Assembly (NCBI GenBank): GCA_965662545.1
Contig: CBFIHZ010000002.1
Span: 113,047 to 177,046, forward strand
DNA from: an uncultured Rhodobacteraceae bacterium
Lineage (GTDB): Bacteria; Pseudomonadota; Alphaproteobacteria; Rhodobacterales; Rhodobacteraceae
Length of the DNA: 64,000 nt
Reading direction: 5' to 3'
In this document: positions 10,087 through 18,178 of the stretch, one piece after another
Position numbering within the stretch: the first letter of the stretch is position 1
How the letters are laid out: the number at the start of each line of letters is the position of its first letter
Made by a program: the position numbers and the translations under genes
The notes under the pieces: model-generated
The model's input: the letters and a program-made list of their open reading frames with translations, nothing else
What the model was told of the DNA's origin: nothing
Databases searched by the model: none

Positions 10087-10352
10087 TGTGAATGGCGTTA
10101 CTACGCAGTCTCGGCACAAGGCTTGCCCCGCAGTTTATGATGTCCTCTGGTATGATCCGCACGGTAGGCTGCGGTCTGTAACGGGGCAGGGCGCAGGGTT
10201 ACCTCACGATCTTGGTTGCTAAATTGGCAGATCTGACCGATCCACACAACAAACTCTGTCTTTGACAATATTGGGAAGCTTTTTGTTGATTTACCTGAAA
10301 AACTAACCATGATGTTGGCAATGCCGTTGACTGTCGCCAGGAGGTCCAAGCC

Positions 10353-10577
10353 ATGTCAAACATCATTTTAATTGTGATCCTGCTTCTGATTTCGGTATTT
10401 ATTGCCGCATGGGCTGACCGCTGGAACCAGAACCCGGCTATATTCTGGTTTGCCGCACTGTTTTTTCTGCCATTCGGCTTTGTGCAGTTCGTCGATATCA
10501 GCCCGTTTGTGATCTTTGCCTGTCCGCTCTTATCTGCAGGTGCGCTTGTTTTGCTCGGGCGCAAAGAGGCGGTCTGA
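10353..10577 (+). CDS. Small hydrophobic (2-3 TM) hypothetical protein
   Basis: AGGAGG lies 7 nt upstream of the ATG. 74 aa, almost entirely hydrophobic. Followed by a strong hairpin. Confidence 0.45.
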   Translation: MSNIILIVILLLISVFIAAWADRWNQNPAIFWFAALFFLPFGFVQFVDISPFVIFACPLLSAGALVLLGRKEAV

Positions 10578-10613
10578 AAGCAAACACTCTGTTTTGATGT
10601 CGCGCCGTGTTGT

Positions 10614-10647
10614 TTATTGGTTAAGCCACCAGAGGCTTAACCAATAA
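10614..10647. terminator. Perfect 14-bp stem hairpin (TTATTGGTTAAGCC accaga GGCTTAACCAATAA) between convergent small genes
   Basis: Read directly. Lies between the stops of the 10353-10577 (+) and 10687-10944 (-) genes. Confidence 0.5.
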
Positions 10648-10686
10648 TCGAGAGGGTTAGAAATTAGATTGACGGTTTTACCTAGG

Positions 10687-10944
10687 CTATCCAGCAGGCG
10701 TTAAAACGAACATTTCGTGTTCGATACCCATCTGCTCCACCAACTCGGGCATCCTAATTGCCATGGCTTCTTCCATAGCTTCTTGATCGAAGATTGTCGT
10801 TTTTATCACCGCGGTATGATCATTGACCTTGCCAACGACATCATTTTTCATGAATTTCGATCGCATTTCACCATCCGCTTCAAACGCGGCGAGCCATTCT
10901 TCGTAGCTCACTTTGCTGAACCTGGCAATTATTAACATTTCCAT
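10687..10944 (-). CDS. Small soluble hypothetical protein (85 aa), possibly a dimeric alpha/beta-barrel-type fold
   Basis: AAGGAA-like site upstream of the ATG. No TM segment. No motif I can assign with confidence. Confidence 0.4.
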   Translation of the reverse strand: MEMLIIARFSKVSYEEWLAAFEADGEMRSKFMKNDVVGKVNDHTAVIKTTIFDQEAMEEAMAIRMPELVEQMGIEHEMFVLTPAG

Positions 10945-11935
10945 AGACTTGTTCCTTATTTGCTTCGTTAATAATGCACTATTTAGTAATTAATCCAAGT
11001 TTAAATAGTTATTTCTATCTCTCTAATAAGTTCTGTATGAAATTATATCGAACCCTGCGCGGTTATATTAACATATGCATGAGACAGCGGATGCTGTTTT
11101 TGTAGATGGTTTCACGCCATACATCTAATTAATATTCTAGCTGAGATAATTGGGCAAACAATCTGGGCAGCACAGGGGGGCGTGGGCGTATTTACATATG
11201 TCTGGAAAATAGAATTATGCTTCTTCATATTACTTGCATCAGGCCTTTGGGCTCAGCCATCGCGGAGCACCTAAAAGCTGGCGACTTGTTCCTTTAGCGG
11301 AAATTCGAAACTGCAAGGAACATCAGGGCGGGTCATTTGAAATTTGATGTTTTCCTAATTCGGCGTGCTGGCGCCGATCAACTCATGTTTTTCGGAAATT
11401 TCATGCTGGCACCGCGGCTTTGGTCCGGTATGTATCACTTGCCGGTGCGGCACCTCATATGAGAAACCTGTCCCCTTGGCCTAAATCTCTGGGTTCTTTA
11501 ATTCGGTGATTGCAAGCACTCGAGAGACAAATGCTCTTCGCGCGCAACGAAGCTCCGCGTATCGCCCGGTTTCATAATTAAAAATGATAAATATTAATGA
11601 TTTATATGATTTCTCGCGCCAATTGGGCGGTGGTGTCATCTTGCAGCGTGGTCACTATGACCAGTGTTTCTAGACAAACAACTGACGTGAGGGGTATGAG
11701 TGTTTTACAAAGCAAATTAATGATTGAAACGCCTTGCATTCTAAAGTGTAGAATACTAACTAAAGTATAATTCAGAAGGTCTGACTGATGGAAGGCTGCC
11801 AGCTTGTAACAGAGCAAGCCAATAACTCAGTCGATATAGTACGGTATGGTCCGGTACAGATTCAGTCATACCATTCTCTTTTTATTGAGGTGTTACGCTA
11901 TGGGTCATAATGGAAAAAAAAGAGTAAAGATTATT

Positions 11936-12571
11936 ATGTTAAAACGATCTATGGCTGCAGGCCTTGTTGCAATTACACTTTTATTTGGGTGCGTGTCATC
12001 TGAACTTCAAAGCGCTGACGATATCATTGTTTCCGAACCTCGCGAGATAAAAAATGATCGGGATGTGCCTTTGACGGTTGATGAATTGCTTGAAATTAGG
12101 CTGATTTCGCAAAAACTGTATAAACTTAGCGGTCAGACGGGTAAACCGCATACGCTTACCGGGCAACATAAGATGTCTGGATACCTTTTTTTTGAGGGCA
12201 GTAGAAAAGATTCTGGCGTGTTCGGACGGAATTATTTGACCGTAGACTTTGACGCCCGGCATTTTTCGTTCGAGGCCCATGGTTTTAGAGAGTTTGACAT
12301 ATCTGACGAGCAAGCACCCGTTTTATTGACAGGCGACGTTGTGAATGGCGGTCATTTATCTGGGGTTGGAACCATCGGCTTAGGTCGAAAAGAAATGAAT
12401 TTCACCTATGTCGGTGAGCTAGAGTTTGGCGCGTCAAAGATCAAAGTTAATTTGCCGGCATTAGGATGGATTCTTGCGGATGACGGAACGCATTATTTGT
12501 ACTTTATGGCGGAAGGGAAAGCCGCTGGCCATTCGATTTCAGGAGGTGGCTTCGCAACTTTGGATCGGTAA
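11936..12571 (+). CDS. Lipoprotein; C-terminal region resembles TbpB/HpuA-type 'transferrin-binding-protein-like' beta-barrel domains
   Basis: The internal ATG at 11936 gives MLKRSMAAGLVAITLLFGC with lipobox LFGC. Downstream pattern YLTVDFDARHFSF...G...GGGFATLDR at the C-terminus. The family assignment is tentative. Confidence 0.5.
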   Translation: MLKRSMAAGLVAITLLFGCVSSELQSADDIIVSEPREIKNDRDVPLTVDELLEIRLISQKLYKLSGQTGKPHTLTGQHKMSGYLFFEGSRKDSGVFGRNYLTVDFDARHFSFEAHGFREFDISDEQAPVLLTGDVVNGGHLSGVGTIGLGRKEMNFTYVGELEFGASKIKVNLPALGWILADDGTHYLYFMAEGKAAGHSISGGGFATLDR

Positions 12572-13123
12572 TCTGTTATGGGCGCTGGTTGGGTCAAAGT
12601 ATCAGCACTTTGCTTCTGGCAAGACTGCCTTTGTTATATGCTTAAATTGGATGGCGTGGGTGTCGCAAACTAAAATAATGCCTCGCCGTGGTCTGGGATA
12701 AACACAGCTCATAAGCGGGGTTTGAACTGCCAAGCCCTGCGTCTCTTTTTTGACAAACCAAACTGCTATTCGATTGCCGCGCGTGGCGACGGTAAGAAAC
12801 CCGTTTATTGCCTTTACACCGAGCACAGCCTCCATCTCTTGAAAAAGAGCGGAATAAAAATTGGTCAAATCAGCAAGACGCAGCCTTGGGGTTGCTCTGG
12901 TTCAGGGATTCAATTTCAGGATTTGCAAAAAAACGCACCAATCGTGCACAAAGATTGGTTTGAAAAGTGTTTTTAAAAGCAAGGGGCCGCCTTAAGTCAG
13001 GGGAACCTATGGCGTTGACCCTTGCAGTTCAATAAGGCTGATGTTTACATTGAAGCAAAGAAAATACACTTCATTTCTAAGTGTAGGTTTTTGACTGTGA
13101 CCATTTTAGGTGAGGAACAGATA

Positions 13124-14140
13124 ATGAAGGGGGCCTTAATCGGGTGTGGCTTTTTCGCGCAAAATCAACTGAACGCTTGGCGGGATATTTCTGAAGTTGA
13201 TATTGTAGCCCTTTGCGACGTCAACACAGTTTCAATGCGGAAAACCGGTCAAGTATTTGGCATAAATCGTTTATACTCTGACGCGGAGCATTTATTTTCT
13301 GATGGGGGTTTTGATTTTGTCGATATCGCAACCACGGTTCCCTCTCATCGGCCTCTGGTCGAAATGGCTGCAAAATCGGGCGTAGACGTTATCTGTCAAA
13401 AGCCCTTTGCCGAAAATATGGATGATGCGCGGGCAATGGTTTCTGCCGTGCAATCATCCGGCAAAACCTTGATGGTACATGAAAATTTTCGGTGGCAATC
13501 TCCTGTTCAAGCCGCATTAAAGACTGTAAGATCCGGTGCTATAGGTAAGCCCTTTTTCGGGCGTGTCAGTTTTCGATCTGGGTATGATGTGTTTTCCGGC
13601 CAACCCTATCTGGCAGATGGCGCGCGCTTTATCATAGAAGATCTTGGCATCCACATTCTTGATATTGCCCGGGCATTTTTTGGGGATGTCAAGAGTATCA
13701 CTGCCACAACCAAACGCATTAACCCCAGGATTCAGGGGGAAGATGTCGCAACAATGCTGTTATCCCATCATACTGGGGTAACCAGTGTGGTAGACTGTTC
13801 TTATGCCACGCGCCGACAACCCGAGACCTTCCCGCAATCCTTGCTGGAAATTGATGGGGACATCGGCACGCTACGGTTAGATGCGGATTATAAACTCACC
13901 GTGCAGGGCAAAACCCAGATGGAAAAAGACGTCTCGCCTAAACTTTTGCCCTGGGCTGAAAAACCTTGGCATAACATACAAGAGAGCGTCCACACCATTC
14001 AGCAACATTTCGTTGATTGTCTTACCTCAGGGCTAGAACCAGAAACCTCAGGAGCGGATAATCTTAAGACTTTGGCCCTTGTTGAGGCTGCTTATCTCTC
14101 TGCAGCGCAAGATCGTAAAATCGATCTATCTGAAATATGA
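13124..14140 (+). CDS. Gfo/Idh/MocA-family NAD(P)-dependent oxidoreductase; candidate D-apiose 1-dehydrogenase (ApsD) by context
   Basis: GGTGAGGA lies upstream of ATG 13124. N-terminal Rossmann MKGALIGCGFFAQNQ. Typical family length. Stop overlaps the next gene's start (ATGA). Confidence 0.75.
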   Translation: MKGALIGCGFFAQNQLNAWRDISEVDIVALCDVNTVSMRKTGQVFGINRLYSDAEHLFSDGGFDFVDIATTVPSHRPLVEMAAKSGVDVICQKPFAENMDDARAMVSAVQSSGKTLMVHENFRWQSPVQAALKTVRSGAIGKPFFGRVSFRSGYDVFSGQPYLADGARFIIEDLGIHILDIARAFFGDVKSITATTKRINPRIQGEDVATMLLSHHTGVTSVVDCSYATRRQPETFPQSLLEIDGDIGTLRLDADYKLTVQGKTQMEKDVSPKLLPWAEKPWHNIQESVHTIQQHFVDCLTSGLEPETSGADNLKTLALVEAAYLSAAQDRKIDLSEI

Positions 14141-15879
14141 AAACCCGCAAAGAACTTTATGGTACTGAGCAACCGCCGGTTTCAAATCAACCCTTTTCGC
14201 GGTCTCCTTGGTCATTCTCCTATCAAACCGGTGCCTTGCGTCACATTAAAATCAACGGTAGCGAGGCAATTCGTGGTATTTCTTTTCTTGTCAGGGATCG
14301 CGATTGGGGGACCCTAGATCCGGCACTTGAAAACGAGAAAATTCTGCAAACGGCCTCGGCTTTAAGCATTTCCTATGATGCGGTTTTTCATAATCAAGAC
14401 GCCCGCTTAGATGTTCGTATTACGATTGTCGTCAAGCCTGATTGTCTGACGGTAACGGCAAAAGGTCGTGCATCGGGGGCCTTTGAGACCAATCGTGCCG
14501 GGTTTACGGTCCTGCACCCCATTTGTGACGTTGCGGGGCATAATGTTACGGTGGACCACAGCGATGGCACCCGCGAAGAAACAACGTTCCCCGATTTTAT
14601 AGAACCATGGCAACCGTTTGTTGATATCACCGCCTTAACCCACCGGGTAAATGATTTATCTGTGACCTGTCAGTTTCAGGGGGATACCTTTGAAATGGAG
14701 GACCAGCGTCAATGGGGGGATGCGTCATTCAAAACATATAATCGTCCTCTGGCGAAACCTTGGCCGTATAAAATTGAGGACGGGTCGGTGTTGGAGCAAT
14801 CCGTTTGTTTAACTTGGTCAGCTTGCGATAAAGCGCCTTCTGTCTTGAAAAAGTCAAGTATTTTGGAGGCTAATTTTCCTGAAATGGCATTGGTTATGAC
14901 CCCGGATGACGCAGAACGACTGGCGAAAAATCCCAGTGATCTGGCCGCGATCAAACCTCAGCGTTTACTTTGTCATTTTGATACCGTGCTCGGGCACACA
15001 TCGGCTCAATTTCAAGCCTTTGCAAAAGCACAGGCGGCCTTTCCGAAAGTCCGTTTTGATTTAGAATTAATCTGCAAATGCGATCCAGACCCGAGGCCCG
15101 AATTATATGCGCTTGCAGGTGAAATGCAGGCCGCCGGTTTTAATCCTGCAAGTGTTCTCGTTTGTCCGTCTGTTGATCGTCAGTCCACGCCTCCCGGATC
15201 AGATTGGCCTGACTGCCCGCCTTTGGAACGGGTTCATGAAGCCGCCTCTTTGGCTTTTGTCGGGGTCGTTCGGGGCGGTGGCATGGTCAGTTTTTTTCCG
15301 GAATTGAATCGCAAACGCCCGCCGGTACATTTGCTGGATTTCGTCAGTCACGGCCTTTGTCCGATTGTGCATGCAGCCGACGATATCTCCGTTATGGAAA
15401 CCCTTGAGACCATTCCTCATATCACCCGTTCTATGCGCGCTATTATTGGTGAGACACCGTATCGGATCGGGCCTGCCACACTGGCGATGCGCCAAAACCC
15501 GTATGGAGAACGCACAATCCCAAACCCGCATGATCAACGGATTTGCATGACGGACGATGATCCGCGGCATCGAGGGGATTTTGCCGCGGCTTATGTAATT
15601 GGCTTGGCAACGGTGCTTGCGCCGGCAGAAATCGCAGTGTGGACACCCGCAGCGCTATATGGCCATCGCGGAGTTGTCGCCGACAAAGGCCAATGGCCGA
15701 TCGCAAGAGCGCTTAAGTGCCTTGCCTCTCTTGCGGGGCAACCGGTGTTTTCTGCAGAGTGTGCTGATGGACTGGCTCAGCTGTGGGTTGGAAAAACACG
15801 GCTGACCGCTAACCTTACGTCCGATCAAAATGGCCCGCTTGCTCCTTTTGAATGGCGGTTAGAGAAACACAGAGGTTAA
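14137..15879 (+). CDS. 580-aa conserved-looking protein of no family I can recognise; candidate D-apionolactonase (ApnL) only by position
   Basis: ATGA translational coupling to the upstream dehydrogenase. Long uninterrupted ORF with ordinary composition. No signal peptide or TM segment. Confidence 0.6.
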   Translation: MKTRKELYGTEQPPVSNQPFSRSPWSFSYQTGALRHIKINGSEAIRGISFLVRDRDWGTLDPALENEKILQTASALSISYDAVFHNQDARLDVRITIVVKPDCLTVTAKGRASGAFETNRAGFTVLHPICDVAGHNVTVDHSDGTREETTFPDFIEPWQPFVDITALTHRVNDLSVTCQFQGDTFEMEDQRQWGDASFKTYNRPLAKPWPYKIEDGSVLEQSVCLTWSACDKAPSVLKKSSILEANFPEMALVMTPDDAERLAKNPSDLAAIKPQRLLCHFDTVLGHTSAQFQAFAKAQAAFPKVRFDLELICKCDPDPRPELYALAGEMQAAGFNPASVLVCPSVDRQSTPPGSDWPDCPPLERVHEAASLAFVGVVRGGGMVSFFPELNRKRPPVHLLDFVSHGLCPIVHAADDISVMETLETIPHITRSMRAIIGETPYRIGPATLAMRQNPYGERTIPNPHDQRICMTDDDPRHRGDFAAAYVIGLATVLAPAEIAVWTPAALYGHRGVVADKGQWPIARALKCLASLAGQPVFSAECADGLAQLWVGKTRLTANLTSDQNGPLAPFEWRLEKHRG

Positions 15880-15928
15880 TTTTTTAGACTTTGAACCTAC
15901 GCGAATGTTCCGGTGAGAGATTGCTGCG

Positions 15929-16765
15929 TTATTTGCAGATAGAGACAACCGATGCCTTTACAGCTTTCGGATCAAATATATTATCCAGCCAGTCCTCCTT
16001 GAAAATTACCGGCTCGGCCTCTTTGATGGCCTGCATGCATCCATCTGAAAGCTTACCATTGGGTTGAACGCCAAAGGCAACAGCAAGCAGGATAGTCAAA
16101 TGACCGAGTAAAAAGTCTTCTGCGGCCTGATAGGGAACGCCTCTACGGGCGGCTTCATCGGTTGCATCTTTAAGAACTTTAGCAAAAGTTGCGCCAACAG
16201 ATTCGGACAATGCAGGTTCTAGGATAGCCATTTGTTCGACAGTGCAACGGTGAGAGCGCATGACGGGTCGATAAAAACTTCGCGCGATCTGTTCACACAG
16301 GTGGTAATGTTCCTCTGGGCCCTGTGCCAACGCGCATATAATGTGCTGCTTGGCTGCGATGCCGCCAAAGTAATCTTTTTGGGCATTTGGCTCTGTCTCA
16401 TTGTTGAACAAAGGGGGATGGCAAGGGTGCGCCACAAAATACGTGATATCGGATCGGTCAGGAAGTGTTCCGGCATGGGGCGCCGCCGCATCCAGCATAA
16501 TAATTGCGGTTCCCGGTTTCAGTTCGGTGATAAATTCGGCCAACACTTTTCCGATCAAACGGTCTGGGACCGCTAAGATAACCGCATCAGCCGCAGTGAT
16601 TGCTTGCTCTCTGGGGACACAGCTTAAGCCGGTTTCTTGTTTGAAACGGTCTTGCCCCTCGGGGCTGATCTCTACATGAGAGACCTCATATTTTGTTTCC
16701 TTAAGATTGGTTGCTAAGCGCAATCCCATCTTTCCACCCGCGCCGATGAGTGCAATTTTATTCAT
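15929..16765 (-). CDS. NAD(P)-binding dehydrogenase (278 aa); candidate D-apionate oxidoisomerase (ApnO) by context
   Basis: N-terminal Rossmann MNKIALIGAGGKMGLRL. Last gene of the RLP-kinase operon, 52 nt downstream of the kinase stop. Confidence 0.6.
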   Translation of the reverse strand: MNKIALIGAGGKMGLRLATNLKETKYEVSHVEISPEGQDRFKQETGLSCVPREQAITAADAVILAVPDRLIGKVLAEFITELKPGTAIIMLDAAAPHAGTLPDRSDITYFVAHPCHPPLFNNETEPNAQKDYFGGIAAKQHIICALAQGPEEHYHLCEQIARSFYRPVMRSHRCTVEQMAILEPALSESVGATFAKVLKDATDEAARRGVPYQAAEDFLLGHLTILLAVAFGVQPNGKLSDGCMQAIKEAEPVIFKEDWLDNIFDPKAVKASVVSICK

Positions 16766-16817
16766 GTATCAATCCCCGTTTTGCGCGCTCAATATTTCAA
16801 TTGAGCAGCTATATTCA

Positions 16818-18173
16818 TCATAACGTAACTCCGCCCTTGGCTTTCACGAAAAACTCTTGCGTGCCCATTTGACCGCCCTTTAATGTCACTTCTAGGCCGT
16901 TGATGCCAGACGCTGCGCGGCTATGCAGTTTGCAAAGGGGGGCCCCAGGTTCAATGGGCGCAACAAATGACAGGGCTGTTGCCTGCAAGACGGAAAGAGC
17001 ATGGCCTGAGGTGTCTCCGCCGCAGATCGCAATACGCGGCACAGCAGTTTGCAAGCGAATTTCTTCGGCGAGTTTGCCCAGAGATTTTGCCAGCCTTTCG
17101 TATGTGGTCTGTGCCGAGGTGTCGCTGTGTTCTAATGCATTTAACATGCGGGGGATTGCGGGGTCGTCCGGACCTCGCGCGGTCGCGACAATCACGTCTT
17201 GGCCCTGCGATAAAAGCCCAAGACAAGACTTTTTTACGCGCGCGACTTCCGCATCCACTGCGGTCTGCTCAATTGCTGTTGCGGCGTTAAAATCTACAAC
17301 TTGAAAGCCCTGAGATTCAGCAAAAGCGATTTGACCCGCCGTCGTTGGTGAACAGGAGCCCGAGATTGCAAAAAGACAGTCCACAGGGTTGAGCGTGGCT
17401 TCAGCAGATGGCGCTGCAAGCCGTCCGCAGGCCTTCCAATAGGCCACAAGTGCATATTCGACCCCTTGAGACCCGACAGTGAACTTTGGGGTTGCGCCAT
17501 CGCGCCAAATAACTCTGCCTGCTTCGATTAGCGTTTCCTCATCCAAAACATCAATCGCTATAATCCGTGCGCCCCCCTCCAAATGGCGGTCAATCATTTC
17601 GTCGGATTTGCCCGCCTTCATCGTCGCCAGATCAATTACCTTTACCTTTAGCTGGGTTTGTTGGGCTAAATGTTGCCCTAAGTCAGCTTCCGATGCGGGC
17701 GTCACAGGGTGGCAGGACATCACCGGATGCCTGTCAATTCTGTACACCTGCTGTCCGTCTGCTGCAAACAGAGTTCCGAACGCTTGATAACGACGAATGG
17801 CTGGAGCCCCCACCACCAGCGGCACCCAGTCTTTATCAAACAGCGCACTTCCGATTTCAGCCGCCACACCGATAGACCCAATTTCAGGAGAGGAATCAAA
17901 GGTTGAACAGACTTTATAATGCAAAATCGGGGCGTTGAATTTTGCGAGGGAGTGCAAAATATTCGGGAGATGCGCCTTCATCCACTCCGGGCTTTTTGAT
18001 CGTGCCACACCGGCCACGCCAATCGCCTGCAAATGTGGATACTCATCTAAAATGCGCACGTCGGGGGGGGCCATGAACAGCATCGTCGGAATGCCTGCCC
18101 GGTTCAAAATTTCCATCACAGCCGTAGAGCCCGTAAAGTCATCGCCGTAAAACGTAAGCCAGGGGGTCATCAT
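16818..18173 (-). CDS. Four-carbon/branched acid-sugar kinase, DUF1537 family; candidate 3-oxo-isoapionate kinase (OiaK)
   Basis: Using the internal ATG at 18173 removes the 85-nt overlap with the RLP gene and leaves a 5-nt gap. The N-terminus then reads MMTPWLTFYGDDFTGS, which is the DUF1537 kinase signature. Confidence 0.8.
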   Translation of the reverse strand: MMTPWLTFYGDDFTGSTAVMEILNRAGIPTMLFMAPPDVRILDEYPHLQAIGVAGVARSKSPEWMKAHLPNILHSLAKFNAPILHYKVCSTFDSSPEIGSIGVAAEIGSALFDKDWVPLVVGAPAIRRYQAFGTLFAADGQQVYRIDRHPVMSCHPVTPASEADLGQHLAQQTQLKVKVIDLATMKAGKSDEMIDRHLEGGARIIAIDVLDEETLIEAGRVIWRDGATPKFTVGSQGVEYALVAYWKACGRLAAPSAEATLNPVDCLFAISGSCSPTTAGQIAFAESQGFQVVDFNAATAIEQTAVDAEVARVKKSCLGLLSQGQDVIVATARGPDDPAIPRMLNALEHSDTSAQTTYERLAKSLGKLAEEIRLQTAVPRIAICGGDTSGHALSVLQATALSFVAPIEPGAPLCKLHSRAASGINGLEVTLKGGQMGTQEFFVKAKGGVTL

Positions 18174-18178
18174 CGACC

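Noticed and set aside
12602-12868. 88-aa minus-strand ORF between the lipoprotein gene and the sugar dehydrogenase gene; considered as a regulator or GNAT fragment
   Set aside because: I could find no HTH or acetyl-CoA motif and no RBS. It may be a pseudogene fragment, but I cannot support any call.
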